From a virus (taxonomy: Duplodnaviria; Caudoviricetes): a DNA stretch of 55,882 nt. This document shows, piece by piece, positions 33,723-43,331 of this stretch (the stretch's first letter is position 1; the number at the start of each line of letters is the position of its first letter). The notes below the pieces were generated by a model, which had not been told where the DNA came from, did no database searches, and saw only the letters and a program-made list of their open reading frames with translations. A program made the position numbers and the translations under genes. The stretch is from the IMG/VR virus record IMGVR_UViG_3300011443_000016, positions 1 to 55,882 of that record, one strand, 5' to 3'.

Positions 33723-35154
33723 TATCCGGCGTGCCGGGTATAAGGTGTATGAGCCGCAGACGGAAACGGCTGAACCCTGGCTGGATATTTGTCCCTGGGT
33801 GGAACAGAATTTTTATCTGTATGACACAGGCGACCTGATGACCCTCTATGACTGCCAGCGCCGCCCGTTGGAATTAGCGCTCAGTCGTGATGCAGCAGGC
33901 AATTACCGCTATAACACCATTCTCTGGTCCTGGCCTAAGAAGTCGGCTAAATCGTCCGTCATTGCCGCAGTCGGTGATTACATTGCTATGAAGCAGGAAC
34001 GGGCGAGTGTCAAGCTGGTCGCCAATGACCTGAAGCAAGCCGACAGTCGTGTGGGCATGTACCTGCGTGAAAGTATCAAGCTGGGGCAGAAGGCGGGCAA
34101 GCGGGATTATGCGATCCGTATGACGCCCAGCGGTTACAAAGTGCAGTATCCCAATGGCAGCGCGATTGAATGCGTGCCGATTGATCCAACAGGTGAAGCA
34201 GGCGGTAATGATGACTTAATCGTCTATAGCGAACTGCACGGCTGGAAGTCCAAAGCCCACCAGCGCATGTGGTCCGAAATGACGCTCAGCCCGACCAAGT
34301 TTGGCAACTCACAAAGATGGATAGATACTTACGCTGGCTTTCAGGGCGAGTCGCCTATTCTTGAACAATTGTTTGATGTCGGCGTGAACCAGGGAACGCA
34401 GGTGTGGGACGATCTGGAAGTCTATACCAATGAAACCGCTAAGATGCTCACCGTCTGGGTGACGGAATGGCTACTCCCCTGGCAAATCAGCGAACAAGGG
34501 CGGCAGTATTACGCCCAGGAAGAAGCCCAGCTTGCACCGAATGAATTCCTGCGGATGCACCGTAACCAGTGGGTCAGCAGCGTGGACACGTTCGTTCCCT
34601 ACGAATGGTGGAAGGGCTGCGCAGCGGAGTATCCGGCAATCCAGTCGAATGAACCCTGTATCCTGGCTCTGGACGCGGGTGTAATATCCGACTGTTTTGC
34701 AGCGGTGCTGGTCACGCGGCGCGGTGAAAGGGTACAGGTGCAGCACAGCCAGAAATGGCAGCCGCAGAATGGCGTGGTGCTGGACTATGCGCCGATTGAG
34801 CAGGAAATCCGCAGACTGATTAACACCTATAACGTGCTGGAAGTCTGTTACGATGAATTCCAGTTGGTCGATATGATGGGACGGCTACGGGCTGAGGAAG
34901 CGGTGAATGTGCGCAAGTTTAGCCAGTCTTCGCCCAGGGCGATTGCTGATAAACGGTTATTTGACCTGATCCGGGATCGCAAATTACAGCACCGTGACGA
35001 AGCGGATATGAACGATCATATCCGGAACAGCAACCGCAAACCGGAAGACGAAAACAAGCTGCGCATCATCAAACGCGCGCCGCAATACAAGATTGATCTG
35101 GCAGTGGCGCTGAGTATGGCAGCAGACCGATCATTTGCGTATGCATTTGATTAG
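33691..35154 (+). CDS. terL: Terminase large subunit
   Basis: LYDCQ, PKKSAKS (Walker A), IVYSELH (Walker B), NQWV, LALD, YDEFQ, KIDLAVAL. Confidence 0.88.
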   Translation: MSNVQQLIQNSIRRAGYKVYEPQTETAEPWLDICPWVEQNFYLYDTGDLMTLYDCQRRPLELALSRDAAGNYRYNTILWSWPKKSAKSSVIAAVGDYIAMKQERASVKLVANDLKQADSRVGMYLRESIKLGQKAGKRDYAIRMTPSGYKVQYPNGSAIECVPIDPTGEAGGNDDLIVYSELHGWKSKAHQRMWSEMTLSPTKFGNSQRWIDTYAGFQGESPILEQLFDVGVNQGTQVWDDLEVYTNETAKMLTVWVTEWLLPWQISEQGRQYYAQEEAQLAPNEFLRMHRNQWVSSVDTFVPYEWWKGCAAEYPAIQSNEPCILALDAGVISDCFAAVLVTRRGERVQVQHSQKWQPQNGVVLDYAPIEQEIRRLINTYNVLEVCYDEFQLVDMMGRLRAEEAVNVRKFSQSSPRAIADKRLFDLIRDRKLQHRDEADMNDHIRNSNRKPEDENKLRIIKRAPQYKIDLAVALSMAADRSFAYAFD

Positions 35155-35292
35155 GTGTATACTGATATTGTGGTATCGACAAGCCTGAAGCGAACGCCCT
35201 GAAAGCAATCTCGGATACCGCAAACAGAAGCATAACCGCTGCAAGATAAGTTATGCACAAAAACCCCGCTTCTACTGAGCCGGGTTTTTTGT
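35135..35292 (+). promoter_or_regulatory. Promoter, structured ~120-nt leader and terminator upstream of portal
   Basis: TTGCGT-17-TATACT (35135-35163); stems 35169/35222 and 35230/35256; terminator 35259-35292. Confidence 0.55.
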
Positions 35293-35320
35293 TGCCTCAT
35301 AACCCCCAAAGGAACACGGC

Positions 35321-37480
35321 ATGGCTGACCAAAACCTGCTTGAAACTGAGAAAGCGCTGCCAGCCTTGAACCCTGACAAGGATGCGCGTAGCAGCGTGCA
35401 ATCGCGTGCCGATTCTACTCCCTCCTTTGGGGCGGTCAGTGACGTGCTGGGCGGTGGCGGCGTGTTCTGGCTGACGCTGGGGCAGCGGCTTGATGAGGAA
35501 CCGCGCTGGAATGCTATATATCCAAATTGGAGGGACAGATACCTCAAGGACTTTGCCCGCAGCGAGTCGATGATTGCCAGCGCGGTCTACAGCATGAAGA
35601 CCCGCATTGGTACACTGAACTATGAAGTGAACGGACCGCCGCGTGCTAAAAAGTATGCCCAGGAATTGCTGAATAACCCTGGCCTGGGCGACAACCTAAG
35701 CACACTGGTCAAGAAACTGAGCGACGATCTCAGCACCAGTGACAACGGCGCATTTCTTGAACTGTGGAAACCTGGCAAGCCTGACAAAGCACCGCCCAAG
35801 GATGCACCCTGCTATGGCATGGCGCACCTGGACAGCCGCCTATGCTGGCGTTCATTTGACCGCGATTTCCCGGTCTGGTACACCAATCCGGTCACAGGTG
35901 CAATCCGCAAGATTCACAAGGACCGTGTGGTGTTCACGGCCAATGATCCCCAGCCGATTGAACTGGCGCGCGGGATTGGCTTCTGTGCGGTATCGCGGGC
36001 GCTGCGCATGGTGCGCGTGTTTCGTAACATGCAAATCTTCGTGGATGAAAAGGTCGGTGGACGCTTTACACGGGCGCTGGGCGCTATTTCCGGTGTGTCG
36101 GCAGGGCAAGTTAAGAAGGCGCTGCAAAACCACGCCGATGAGCAGGACAATAAGGGTTATGTCGTCTATAACGATATTCCCTTCCTGATTGACCCGTCCA
36201 CTGAAGGGCGCAACGATATTAAAATCCTGCTGCAAGATTTGGCCTCCATCCCCGATGGGTTCAACTTCCGCGATGATGCCGACTTATATGCGTATATCCT
36301 GGCCTTCTGCTTTGGTGTCGATGCCCGTGAATTCTGGCCTGCAACCCAAAGCGGTGCAACCAAAGCCGATGCCACCGTGCAGAATATGAAGGCACGCGGG
36401 CGCGGCATTGGCGACCTGATCCAGACGGTGGAGGGGATGCTGCGGGCTGGCTTGCCCGAAGTGGTCACGTTTGAATATGATTTCAGCGATGATGACCAGG
36501 ACGAAACCCAGGCACGGATTCAGGGGATGCGATTGAGCAACCTGTCCACCTTGCAGCGCGATGGCGCAATCAACAGCTTAGAAGTACGGGCGATTGCCAT
36601 TGCCGAGGGTATTCTGGACGGCAAGTTGCTGGAAGACCTGAATATTCCGCTGGACAGTGACAGCGCCACCGATGCCGAACCGGACGAGAACGCCCTGGAA
36701 GCCAACGTGGATGAAACGGGTAATACCGAGAACAGTGAAGACCCGACTGACAATAAGGCACTGAGTCAGAAGACGATAGACGCTTATCGGCGCAGCCTGC
36801 GTCAGTTTGTGCGCGGTTATTGGAATGGACAGTTGGGCGCATTTGATTTCTTTGACGGCTTCGCCAACGCAATTGAACGCAACTTCACCAAAGCGTGGTT
36901 TGACGGGATGAAGCAATGGGGCATTGCACCCAATGAAATGACCGATGCTGAAAAGTCGCGGCTTAAGCTGGAAGTGAATACTGAAATCACGTATATTTCC
37001 GGCTTTGCTGATGCGATTGCAAAGGGCAGCAAGGAGAACGGCGGCGCATTGTCTCCCCTGTATGACCGCCTGGAATTGTGGGTCAACGCCTACGGGCGCA
37101 TCATGACGCTGGCAGGTGTGCTGGCAGCAGCCGACATGAAAGGGCTGTGGAAGTATGGCGACACCATCCAGCACTGCGCCTCCTGTTCAGCGTATGAGGG
37201 GTTGGTATTCCGCAATAGCGTGTGGAAGAAATGGCTTGAACCCTATCAACTGCTACCCAAAGGCAAAGGATTAGCTTGTCGCGGATTTAATTGCGATTGT
37301 TCGATTGTGAAGACCAGTGAACCCGTCCGCCCAGGCCATCCCCCGATTGTGACGAAAGGCCATACACATGGTCAGTCTGAAACTCACAGCGATCACCCCA
37401 AAGCACATGCCAACGGGCAAGGAATACACCGACGCTCTGAAGCAGTCGATTTACAAGACAGCATCCTTAGTCCATCGTGA
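35321..37480 (+). CDS. Portal protein fused to a Mu gpF-like head morphogenesis domain
   Basis: Follows TerL; DNGAFLE, IGFCAVS, FGV, EVRA portal-like pattern; acidic linker; C-terminal HCASC...C.GFNCDC. Confidence 0.7.
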   Translation: MADQNLLETEKALPALNPDKDARSSVQSRADSTPSFGAVSDVLGGGGVFWLTLGQRLDEEPRWNAIYPNWRDRYLKDFARSESMIASAVYSMKTRIGTLNYEVNGPPRAKKYAQELLNNPGLGDNLSTLVKKLSDDLSTSDNGAFLELWKPGKPDKAPPKDAPCYGMAHLDSRLCWRSFDRDFPVWYTNPVTGAIRKIHKDRVVFTANDPQPIELARGIGFCAVSRALRMVRVFRNMQIFVDEKVGGRFTRALGAISGVSAGQVKKALQNHADEQDNKGYVVYNDIPFLIDPSTEGRNDIKILLQDLASIPDGFNFRDDADLYAYILAFCFGVDAREFWPATQSGATKADATVQNMKARGRGIGDLIQTVEGMLRAGLPEVVTFEYDFSDDDQDETQARIQGMRLSNLSTLQRDGAINSLEVRAIAIAEGILDGKLLEDLNIPLDSDSATDAEPDENALEANVDETGNTENSEDPTDNKALSQKTIDAYRRSLRQFVRGYWNGQLGAFDFFDGFANAIERNFTKAWFDGMKQWGIAPNEMTDAEKSRLKLEVNTEITYISGFADAIAKGSKENGGALSPLYDRLELWVNAYGRIMTLAGVLAAADMKGLWKYGDTIQHCASCSAYEGLVFRNSVWKKWLEPYQLLPKGKGLACRGFNCDCSIVKTSEPVRPGHPPIVTKGHTHGQSETHSDHPKAHANGQGIHRRSEAVDLQDSILSPS

Positions 37481-37862
37481 TCTGCTCAGCACCGTCCGCA
37501 CCTGGGAGCATAAGCCCAAGTTCGACATTACCATCACGCAGCAGGGCGATAATTACATTGTCGCCGCTGGAACCGATGATCTGATTTACCTGTTCGTCAG
37601 TGAAGGCACGAAGCCGCATGTGATCCGCGCCAAGCGCTCACCCTACCTGGTGTTTCAATCGGGGTACAGGGCGAAGACGCGCGTGGGTATTATCGGCAGC
37701 AACGAAGGCGGCGCATTTGGCGACACAGTTGCAGCCAAGTCGGTCAAGCATCCCGGCACGAAGGCGCGCAAGTTCATTCAGAAGATTCGGGAACGGCGGC
37801 AGAAAACCGCTGAGCAAGAAGGTTCACAGGCCATCGCCAAAGTTAATCGGACGATGAAATAG
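37368..37862 (+). CDS. HK97 gp10-like neck/tail completion protein
   Basis: FVSEGTKPHVI...VKHPGTKARKF. Confidence 0.65.
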   Translation: MVSLKLTAITPKHMPTGKEYTDALKQSIYKTASLVHRDLLSTVRTWEHKPKFDITITQQGDNYIVAAGTDDLIYLFVSEGTKPHVIRAKRSPYLVFQSGYRAKTRVGIIGSNEGGAFGDTVAAKSVKHPGTKARKFIQKIRERRQKTAEQEGSQAIAKVNRTMK

Positions 37863-37871
37863 GAGACAATC

Positions 37872-38024
37872 ATGAATAACCGTTCTTTAGGTGTGATCGT
37901 ATTATCGGTATGGGCAATCGTGGCGGGCGTTCTCGCCATCACCAATCTACAAATCCAGTTTGCGCCGATTCTGCTGGGCGTGCTGCTCATTGCAGCGGGC
38001 ATCCTGCTGCTGCTGGGGCGTTAA
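37872..38024 (+). CDS. 50-aa two-TM membrane protein (below ORF-track cutoff)
   Basis: AGGAG SD; MNNRSLGVIVLSVWAIVAGVLAITNLQIQFAPILLGVLLIAAGILLLLGR. Confidence 0.7.
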   Translation: MNNRSLGVIVLSVWAIVAGVLAITNLQIQFAPILLGVLLIAAGILLLLGR

Positions 38025-38037
38025 CAGGGAGCGCATC

Positions 38038-38187
38038 ATGCGCGATTGGCCTGGACAGGGCAAGAATCAGTGGATATGGAAACGGCGCTGGGGCGCATGG
38101 TTTCGTTACTGGTATTGGCACGATCAGACAACAGGCGGGCAAGGCGGCAACCGTCCGCCGAAGCGCAGGAAAGGTAAGCGGTCATGA
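38038..38187 (+). CDS. 49-aa Trp/Arg-rich peptide
   Basis: GGGAG SD; ATGA-coupled to the next gene. Confidence 0.5.
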   Translation: MRDWPGQGKNQWIWKRRWGAWFRYWYWHDQTTGGQGGNRPPKRRKGKRS

Positions 38188-38432
38188 AGGGGATCAAAGT
38201 CGGCGCAACCGTTTGGTGTTGGGGCAAGGGCGCAGCCCGTGACGGTGAAGCAGGTATTCTGGCGGAAATTGACCGGGGCAAGCTGTATCCGTTCCGCATC
38301 AAACTGCTGAGCAAAAAGGGACACGGCCTGTGGTACAGCCTGGACGACTTTGATCTGGCAACCGATCAACAGCGCATGGAGGCCAAGTTCAAGCGGCAGG
38401 ATAATAGACTGCGCAAGTCGCCTTTCGCTTAA
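38184..38432 (+). CDS. Hypothetical protein
   Basis: Coupled ORF. Confidence 0.55.
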   Translation: MKGIKVGATVWCWGKGAARDGEAGILAEIDRGKLYPFRIKLLSKKGHGLWYSLDDFDLATDQQRMEAKFKRQDNRLRKSPFA

Positions 38433-38479
38433 TCGGTGAGAATCTACATTTGCATAGGTAAAAATAGGAGCAAAGTCGA

Positions 38480-38704
38480 ATGTTTTTCGAGACAGTTGAT
38501 TTTAACAAGGCGCTAAACAATCTACGCCTTCAAAAAGAGATTGAGCGCGAATTACGTATGGCAGAGGGGCTTGACCATTATAGGGCTGAATTTAGTCTAG
38601 TTCTTGAGGCGGCAAGAATAGCGATTGCTGCATTACATGACGGTGATATAAAGACAGCAACCGAACAATTAGAGATTATTCAATTGAAAGCGCTCGATAA
38701 CTAG
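38480..38704 (+). CDS. Hypothetical protein, AT-rich
   Basis: AGGAG SD; atypical codon usage. Confidence 0.55.
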   Translation: MFFETVDFNKALNNLRLQKEIERELRMAEGLDHYRAEFSLVLEAARIAIAALHDGDIKTATEQLEIIQLKALDN

Positions 38705-38812
38705 AACGAAAACACCCCGGCGGGCAGCGGCGAAAAACGTAGCACATAAGTGCTAAAAGTATGTAGTAGCATTCCGATTATCCGACACACTCTGAGGGGA
38801 AAGGGCGGGTTA

Positions 38813-39025
38813 ATGGATGATGAAACCGAACCACGCGGCCTATCCCTTGAATGGGATAAGGACACGGACGAAGCCATACGCTGCCTCGTGCTGATCGCTA
38901 ACGGTGTCAGTTGGCGGCAATGGGAACAACACCGAACCGACACACTAGGGATTGTAACCGAACGGGCGGCAATGGCTATTCACAGACGCATCAATGAACT
39001 GATCCGCGCCACGCATGGCAAATAA
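38813..39025 (+). CDS. Hypothetical protein
   Basis: ORF starting MDDETE; start uncertain. Confidence 0.45.
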   Translation: MDDETEPRGLSLEWDKDTDEAIRCLVLIANGVSWRQWEQHRTDTLGIVTERAAMAIHRRINELIRATHGK

Positions 39026-39121
39026 CGTTTCTCCCTGATAAGTAGTGTTATCAAGAATAAAAATTTACTCTCGCAAAACAGCGAACCCGGCAAACAGTCG
39101 GGTTTTTAATTGGAGGCTACG

Positions 39122-40492
39122 ATGCCCGAAACACAACCGCTTGAAATGGACGCGAAAGCCTGGGATGGGCATTTCGTTAGCCAGCAGGAAGCACAATACA
39201 CCACGCTATCCAGTGATCCAGGGCAAGCCTGCGCCAACTGTCGCTGGTTCAGCGCGGCTTATGACCGCTGCTTTATTGTCGAAAACTATCCGCAGCCGAT
39301 TCTGGCAACCGGACACAGCAACCGCTGGGAAGCCACGCCGCAGCCGATTGTGCTGGACGCTGAGCCGATTCCGGTGGTGATCGTAGAACCGATATTCGAG
39401 TATGACGACAGCCAGGAAATGGCGCTCAACGTCCGCAAATCACTGTATGAACGAGTGAAAGCCTTTGCGGATAACTTGCGCAGCAAAGCAGCCACCGAAA
39501 ACCAGTTTGCTTTCAACGTTCTGGATGAACAACCTGCGTTCAAGGTGTTCAAAGCAGCCAACGGGCGCAACGCCTGGATTGCACGGCATACGGGCAAATG
39601 GGTTGATCGCGAGAAAGAAATCCTGGCAGACAAAGCGCATGATCGTTACGTGAATCATGTGCTGAAGGGCGAATTCCCGCTGCCCGAACTATGGATGTGG
39701 CACGCCAAAGGGACGAGGCATGGGCAGGCCGTTGCTGTGTGGAAGTCGGGCGGGTTCGTCCTGGCAGCAGGTTATTTTGACGACAATGAACGGGGACAGA
39801 AGGCGTTCGAGTATTACCAGCGCAACGCCGGGAAAATTAAACTCAGCCATATGTTCCACTATCCCCACGAATCGAAAATTGATGGTGTGTATTACGACTA
39901 TCAAACGATTGAAATCACCACGCTCCCTGATGGAGCAGAAGCCTTTCCGTATACCAGTTTTAATGAGGTACAAACAATGGCACTCTCGCCGCAAGCTGAA
40001 ACGATGATCCAAGAGGCGCTGGGTGCTGATGCCCTGGCGGAAGCCCGTGCTGCTGACAGCAAAGCAGCCACCGACAGCAAGACACTTGATGGGCAGGGCG
40101 TGGCGTCTAAGGGCGCTGATGCCTACGATGATGCTCTGGCGGCTGAGAAGGCAGCGCTGGAAACCCGGCTCAAGACGATGGAAGATGCGCTCAAGGGTGT
40201 TCCAGACCTGGTTACGGCTGTCACTGCGATGAGTGACAGTATCAAACTGCTGACCGAAAAGCTGAACAACAGCGAAGCCGCGCGCGCCACTGAACTGGCA
40301 AAGGTGAATGATCTGGAAGCCAAGCTGTTGGAATACGGCGAACTTGCGCCGCCTGCCAGCCAGTCAGACGACACCATCCTGAGCCAACGTGAAAAAACCC
40401 TGGTTGATTCGATGATTGCGACTGCGCAAAAGGGCAGCGAACAATCATTGGTTGAAAAATTGATGGGCGCACAGCCCACCATTCATTCGTAG
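39122..40492 (+). CDS. Prohead protease/scaffold-like protein with N-terminal HiPIP-like Cys motif
   Basis: Between portal and capsid; DREKEI, LWMWH, LSH.F, EIT.LP protease-like pattern; C-terminal coiled coil. Confidence 0.6.
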   Translation: MPETQPLEMDAKAWDGHFVSQQEAQYTTLSSDPGQACANCRWFSAAYDRCFIVENYPQPILATGHSNRWEATPQPIVLDAEPIPVVIVEPIFEYDDSQEMALNVRKSLYERVKAFADNLRSKAATENQFAFNVLDEQPAFKVFKAANGRNAWIARHTGKWVDREKEILADKAHDRYVNHVLKGEFPLPELWMWHAKGTRHGQAVAVWKSGGFVLAAGYFDDNERGQKAFEYYQRNAGKIKLSHMFHYPHESKIDGVYYDYQTIEITTLPDGAEAFPYTSFNEVQTMALSPQAETMIQEALGADALAEARAADSKAATDSKTLDGQGVASKGADAYDDALAAEKAALETRLKTMEDALKGVPDLVTAVTAMSDSIKLLTEKLNNSEAARATELAKVNDLEAKLLEYGELAPPASQSDDTILSQREKTLVDSMIATAQKGSEQSLVEKLMGAQPTIHS

Positions 40493-40530
40493 GACGGCTT
40501 GCCCGTCATTATTCGTTAACGGAGGTTAAC

Positions 40531-42000
40531 ATGCCCGAAATTTTGAATCCGCAAGGGCAAGCCGGAGTCGCCGTCAAGAACGATCCCCCGCTTGCACCGA
40601 TTGGTCCGTATCTGCATGGTCCGAATGGCCTATTCAACCGCCGTGACCGCGAAAACCCGGTGTTCAGCGCCATGATGACACCGAACATGGGCGTGGCTGA
40701 TGCGCTGCCTGTGTTCAACGGCTCACGGATGCTGGATGGCGAGTACGGTGGTGTGGATGCGGCTTTTGACAGCCTGATTACTGGCCTGACGGCGGGTGAT
40801 CTGGACGATTTCAGCAACCAACCGACTGCGCCCTGCGAAGACGGTCCAGTGGGCGGGCTGCTCAAGTTCTGCACCATCGTCAACACCTTTGGCAATTACA
40901 AGATGTCCACCCGCGAAGTCGAAATTGACCGCGCCGGACGCTTGGCAGACCGCGTGGACGGTTTTGCCGTGCAGGTTGCCAATCAGTTCCCGCCTGGATT
41001 GTTCGCCGTCCCCAGCGATACCCCCACGTTGCAGAATGCCGTCAACAACGAATTGTCCATGCGCATCTGGGAAATGGTGATGGCTTTCCAGCGCATGTTC
41101 GCGCCGCGCGTGTTCACGGGTTCGCCCACGAACAACAATGGCGAGGCGAAGGACATTGTTGGGCTGGACATTCACATCAACAGCGGCAACAAGATTGACG
41201 CCACGTTCCAGACTGTTTGCACCGCTGCCAACAGCGATGTGAAGAATTTCGGCAGCGGCATTGTCGGCAGCGAAACTGCTGGCAATATCATGGCATACAT
41301 CGAAATGTGCGATGCCTTTGTGATGTTCAAAGCCCGTCGCCAGGGACTCGGCACGCCCGAATACATCATCGCCATGCGGCCTGAATTGTGGCAAGAAATC
41401 AGCGAAATCATCCCGGTTCAGAAGTATGAGAAGATCATCGCCGTGATTGACCGCGTGACCAACGGACGTGCCAACCTGGATGCCAGCGGTGCGTACAATG
41501 AACGGAATGCCATCCGTGCCTCGATGCTGATCCCGGTCAACAGTCGCTTCATTCGCGTGGTCGTGGATGACACGATTGCCGAAGCCAATATCGGCAAGGT
41601 GGCGGGCGTTCCGGCCTACACCAGCACGATCTATGGGATTCCGTTGACTGCGTTGGGGATGCCGATCACCTTCTGGGAATACTTTGACTACGGCAATCGT
41701 CAGTCGATGGCGATTGAAGCCCGCGCTGCTGGCCTGACCTGGACAACCGATGGCGGACAGTTCCGCTGGACGAGTGATTTCAGCAAAGGCTGCTTGAAGC
41801 TCAATGCCCGCTTTGCCCCGCGCCTGCGTATGCGCGCGCCGCAAATTGCCTGGCGCATTGATGCTGTTGGCTATGCCCCTTTACAGCATTTTTCGTCTTG
41901 GGACCCGAATTCGGCTTATTTTGTCGATGGTGGAGTTACTCAAGGAGAGACGCAACGGTATTACTCAGCGTGGTCCCCAAGTTCACCCGCTGGCGTATAA
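40531..42000 (+). CDS. Major capsid protein
   Basis: Position after the scaffold, strong GGAGG SD, high codon bias, 489 aa. Confidence 0.65.
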   Translation: MPEILNPQGQAGVAVKNDPPLAPIGPYLHGPNGLFNRRDRENPVFSAMMTPNMGVADALPVFNGSRMLDGEYGGVDAAFDSLITGLTAGDLDDFSNQPTAPCEDGPVGGLLKFCTIVNTFGNYKMSTREVEIDRAGRLADRVDGFAVQVANQFPPGLFAVPSDTPTLQNAVNNELSMRIWEMVMAFQRMFAPRVFTGSPTNNNGEAKDIVGLDIHINSGNKIDATFQTVCTAANSDVKNFGSGIVGSETAGNIMAYIEMCDAFVMFKARRQGLGTPEYIIAMRPELWQEISEIIPVQKYEKIIAVIDRVTNGRANLDASGAYNERNAIRASMLIPVNSRFIRVVVDDTIAEANIGKVAGVPAYTSTIYGIPLTALGMPITFWEYFDYGNRQSMAIEARAAGLTWTTDGGQFRWTSDFSKGCLKLNARFAPRLRMRAPQIAWRIDAVGYAPLQHFSSWDPNSAYFVDGGVTQGETQRYYSAWSPSSPAGV

Positions 42001-42021
42001 CCTTGATCTTCATTTTTGTGT

Positions 42022-42126
42022 TATAATTGAGGTCATAAATAGCAACAGGCCAGGAGTCGAAACCTTCTGGCCTGTCTACCAACAATGGAGTATCATTCCA
42101 TGTCAGATAACCTCGATAGTACCACA
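42022..42126 (+). promoter_or_regulatory. Endonuclease leader: extended -10, hairpin, SD, opposing extended -10
   Basis: TGtTATAAT ending at 42027; ACAGGCCAG/CTGGCCTGT 42045-42075; minus-strand TGgTACTAT at 42124-42116. Confidence 0.55.
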
Positions 42127-42771
42127 AGAACCTGCAAAACCTGTAAACAAGAACATCCCGCCACAACTGAATATTTCTACGCGGCAAAAAGTGGCGGGAA
42201 TATCTATCTGCGTGGCACATGCATTGCGTGTTACAAAGCGATTTCAAAGCAAGAACACGCGCGGCGATTTGCCGAAGACCCCGACAAAATCCGTCAGCAG
42301 CAGCGCGATTGGTTAGCTGATCCTGAGCATTATCAGGTGTATCGTGATTCTCAAAAAGAATGGATACATAGAAACCCTGAGAAGGTAAATGCGCAAGCCA
42401 GAAAATGGAAAATCGCCAACCCTGATAAGACTAAAATTATCAACAAAAAGGCGGGCGATAAATATTACGCTACTCATAAACACGTTCGCAAAGCAGGCAA
42501 ATCCCGCCGCCGCGCCCGCGAACTCGCAGCCCCAGGCCATCACACCGCCGCCGACATCCTGCTGCAAATAGCCTCGCAAACCGATAAGAAGGGGTGTTTG
42601 CGCTGTTGGTGGTGTGGATGTGCTATAATCGGTGCTTATCATGTCGATCACCGTGTAGCGCTGGCAAAGGGCGGAACGAACTGGCCTGACAATCTTGTCA
42701 TAAGCTGCCCGACCTGCAACCTGTCAAAACATGACAAGTCAGCGCAAGAATGGGCAGGGCGTTTAATATGA
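42100..42771 (+). CDS. HNH endonuclease
   Basis: CKTC...CIAC; CWWCG...HVDHRVALAKGGTN...NLVISCPTCNLSK. Confidence 0.9.
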   Translation: MSDNLDSTTRTCKTCKQEHPATTEYFYAAKSGGNIYLRGTCIACYKAISKQEHARRFAEDPDKIRQQQRDWLADPEHYQVYRDSQKEWIHRNPEKVNAQARKWKIANPDKTKIINKKAGDKYYATHKHVRKAGKSRRRARELAAPGHHTAADILLQIASQTDKKGCLRCWWCGCAIIGAYHVDHRVALAKGGTNWPDNLVISCPTCNLSKHDKSAQEWAGRLI

Positions 42772-43331
42772 CTTTACCTGATAGTGTGTATCACCTGTAT
42801 GGGCATGTCTCCCCGGCTGAGATGCAACTCCTGTACGAACTCGCCAGCAGCGTGCCGCGCAACGGCACAATCGTGGAAATCGGCAGCTTCCAGGGGAAAT
42901 CCACCGTCTGCTTAGGGCTGGGCGCGAAAGCAGCAGGCGCAAACGTGTGGGCGATTGACCCGCATAACGAACATCAGGAAACCGCACAGACCCGCTATGG
43001 AATGCACAACCACGCGGCGCTGCTGATGAACCTGTGTCTGCACGATGTAGCCGATGTGGTGCGCGTGGTGGCACTGCCTTCTGAATGGGTAGCGGTGCTG
43101 TGGAACTTCGCGATTGATCTGTTATGGGTGGATGGTGAACACGAGTATCAATCGGTGCGCAGCGACTTACTCAACTGGTCGCCTTATGCCCGTAAGATTG
43201 CCGTCCATGACTCAAGCGGACACTTCCCCGGCGTGACCCGTGCCGTCAAGGAATTTCTAATGCTGAACGATGCCTGGAAAGCCATTCGCACAGTCGATGC
43301 CATCACCCTACTGGAAAACACCGATGTATAA
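42768..43331 (+). CDS. Class I SAM methyltransferase (Methyltransf_24-like)
   Basis: VEIGSFQGKST, IDP, DLLWVDGEH.Y, HD. Confidence 0.85.
   Translation: MTLPDSVYHLYGHVSPAEMQLLYELASSVPRNGTIVEIGSFQGKSTVCLGLGAKAAGANVWAIDPHNEHQETAQTRYGMHNHAALLMNLCLHDVADVVRVVALPSEWVAVLWNFAIDLLWVDGEHEYQSVRSDLLNWSPYARKIAVHDSSGHFPGVTRAVKEFLMLNDAWKAIRTVDAITLLENTDV

Noticed and set aside
40723-41844. Long antisense ORFs (373 aa here; also 13425-14348 and 45538-46458)
   Set aside because: Shadow frames of GC3-biased genes on the opposite strand, with no motifs or SD.
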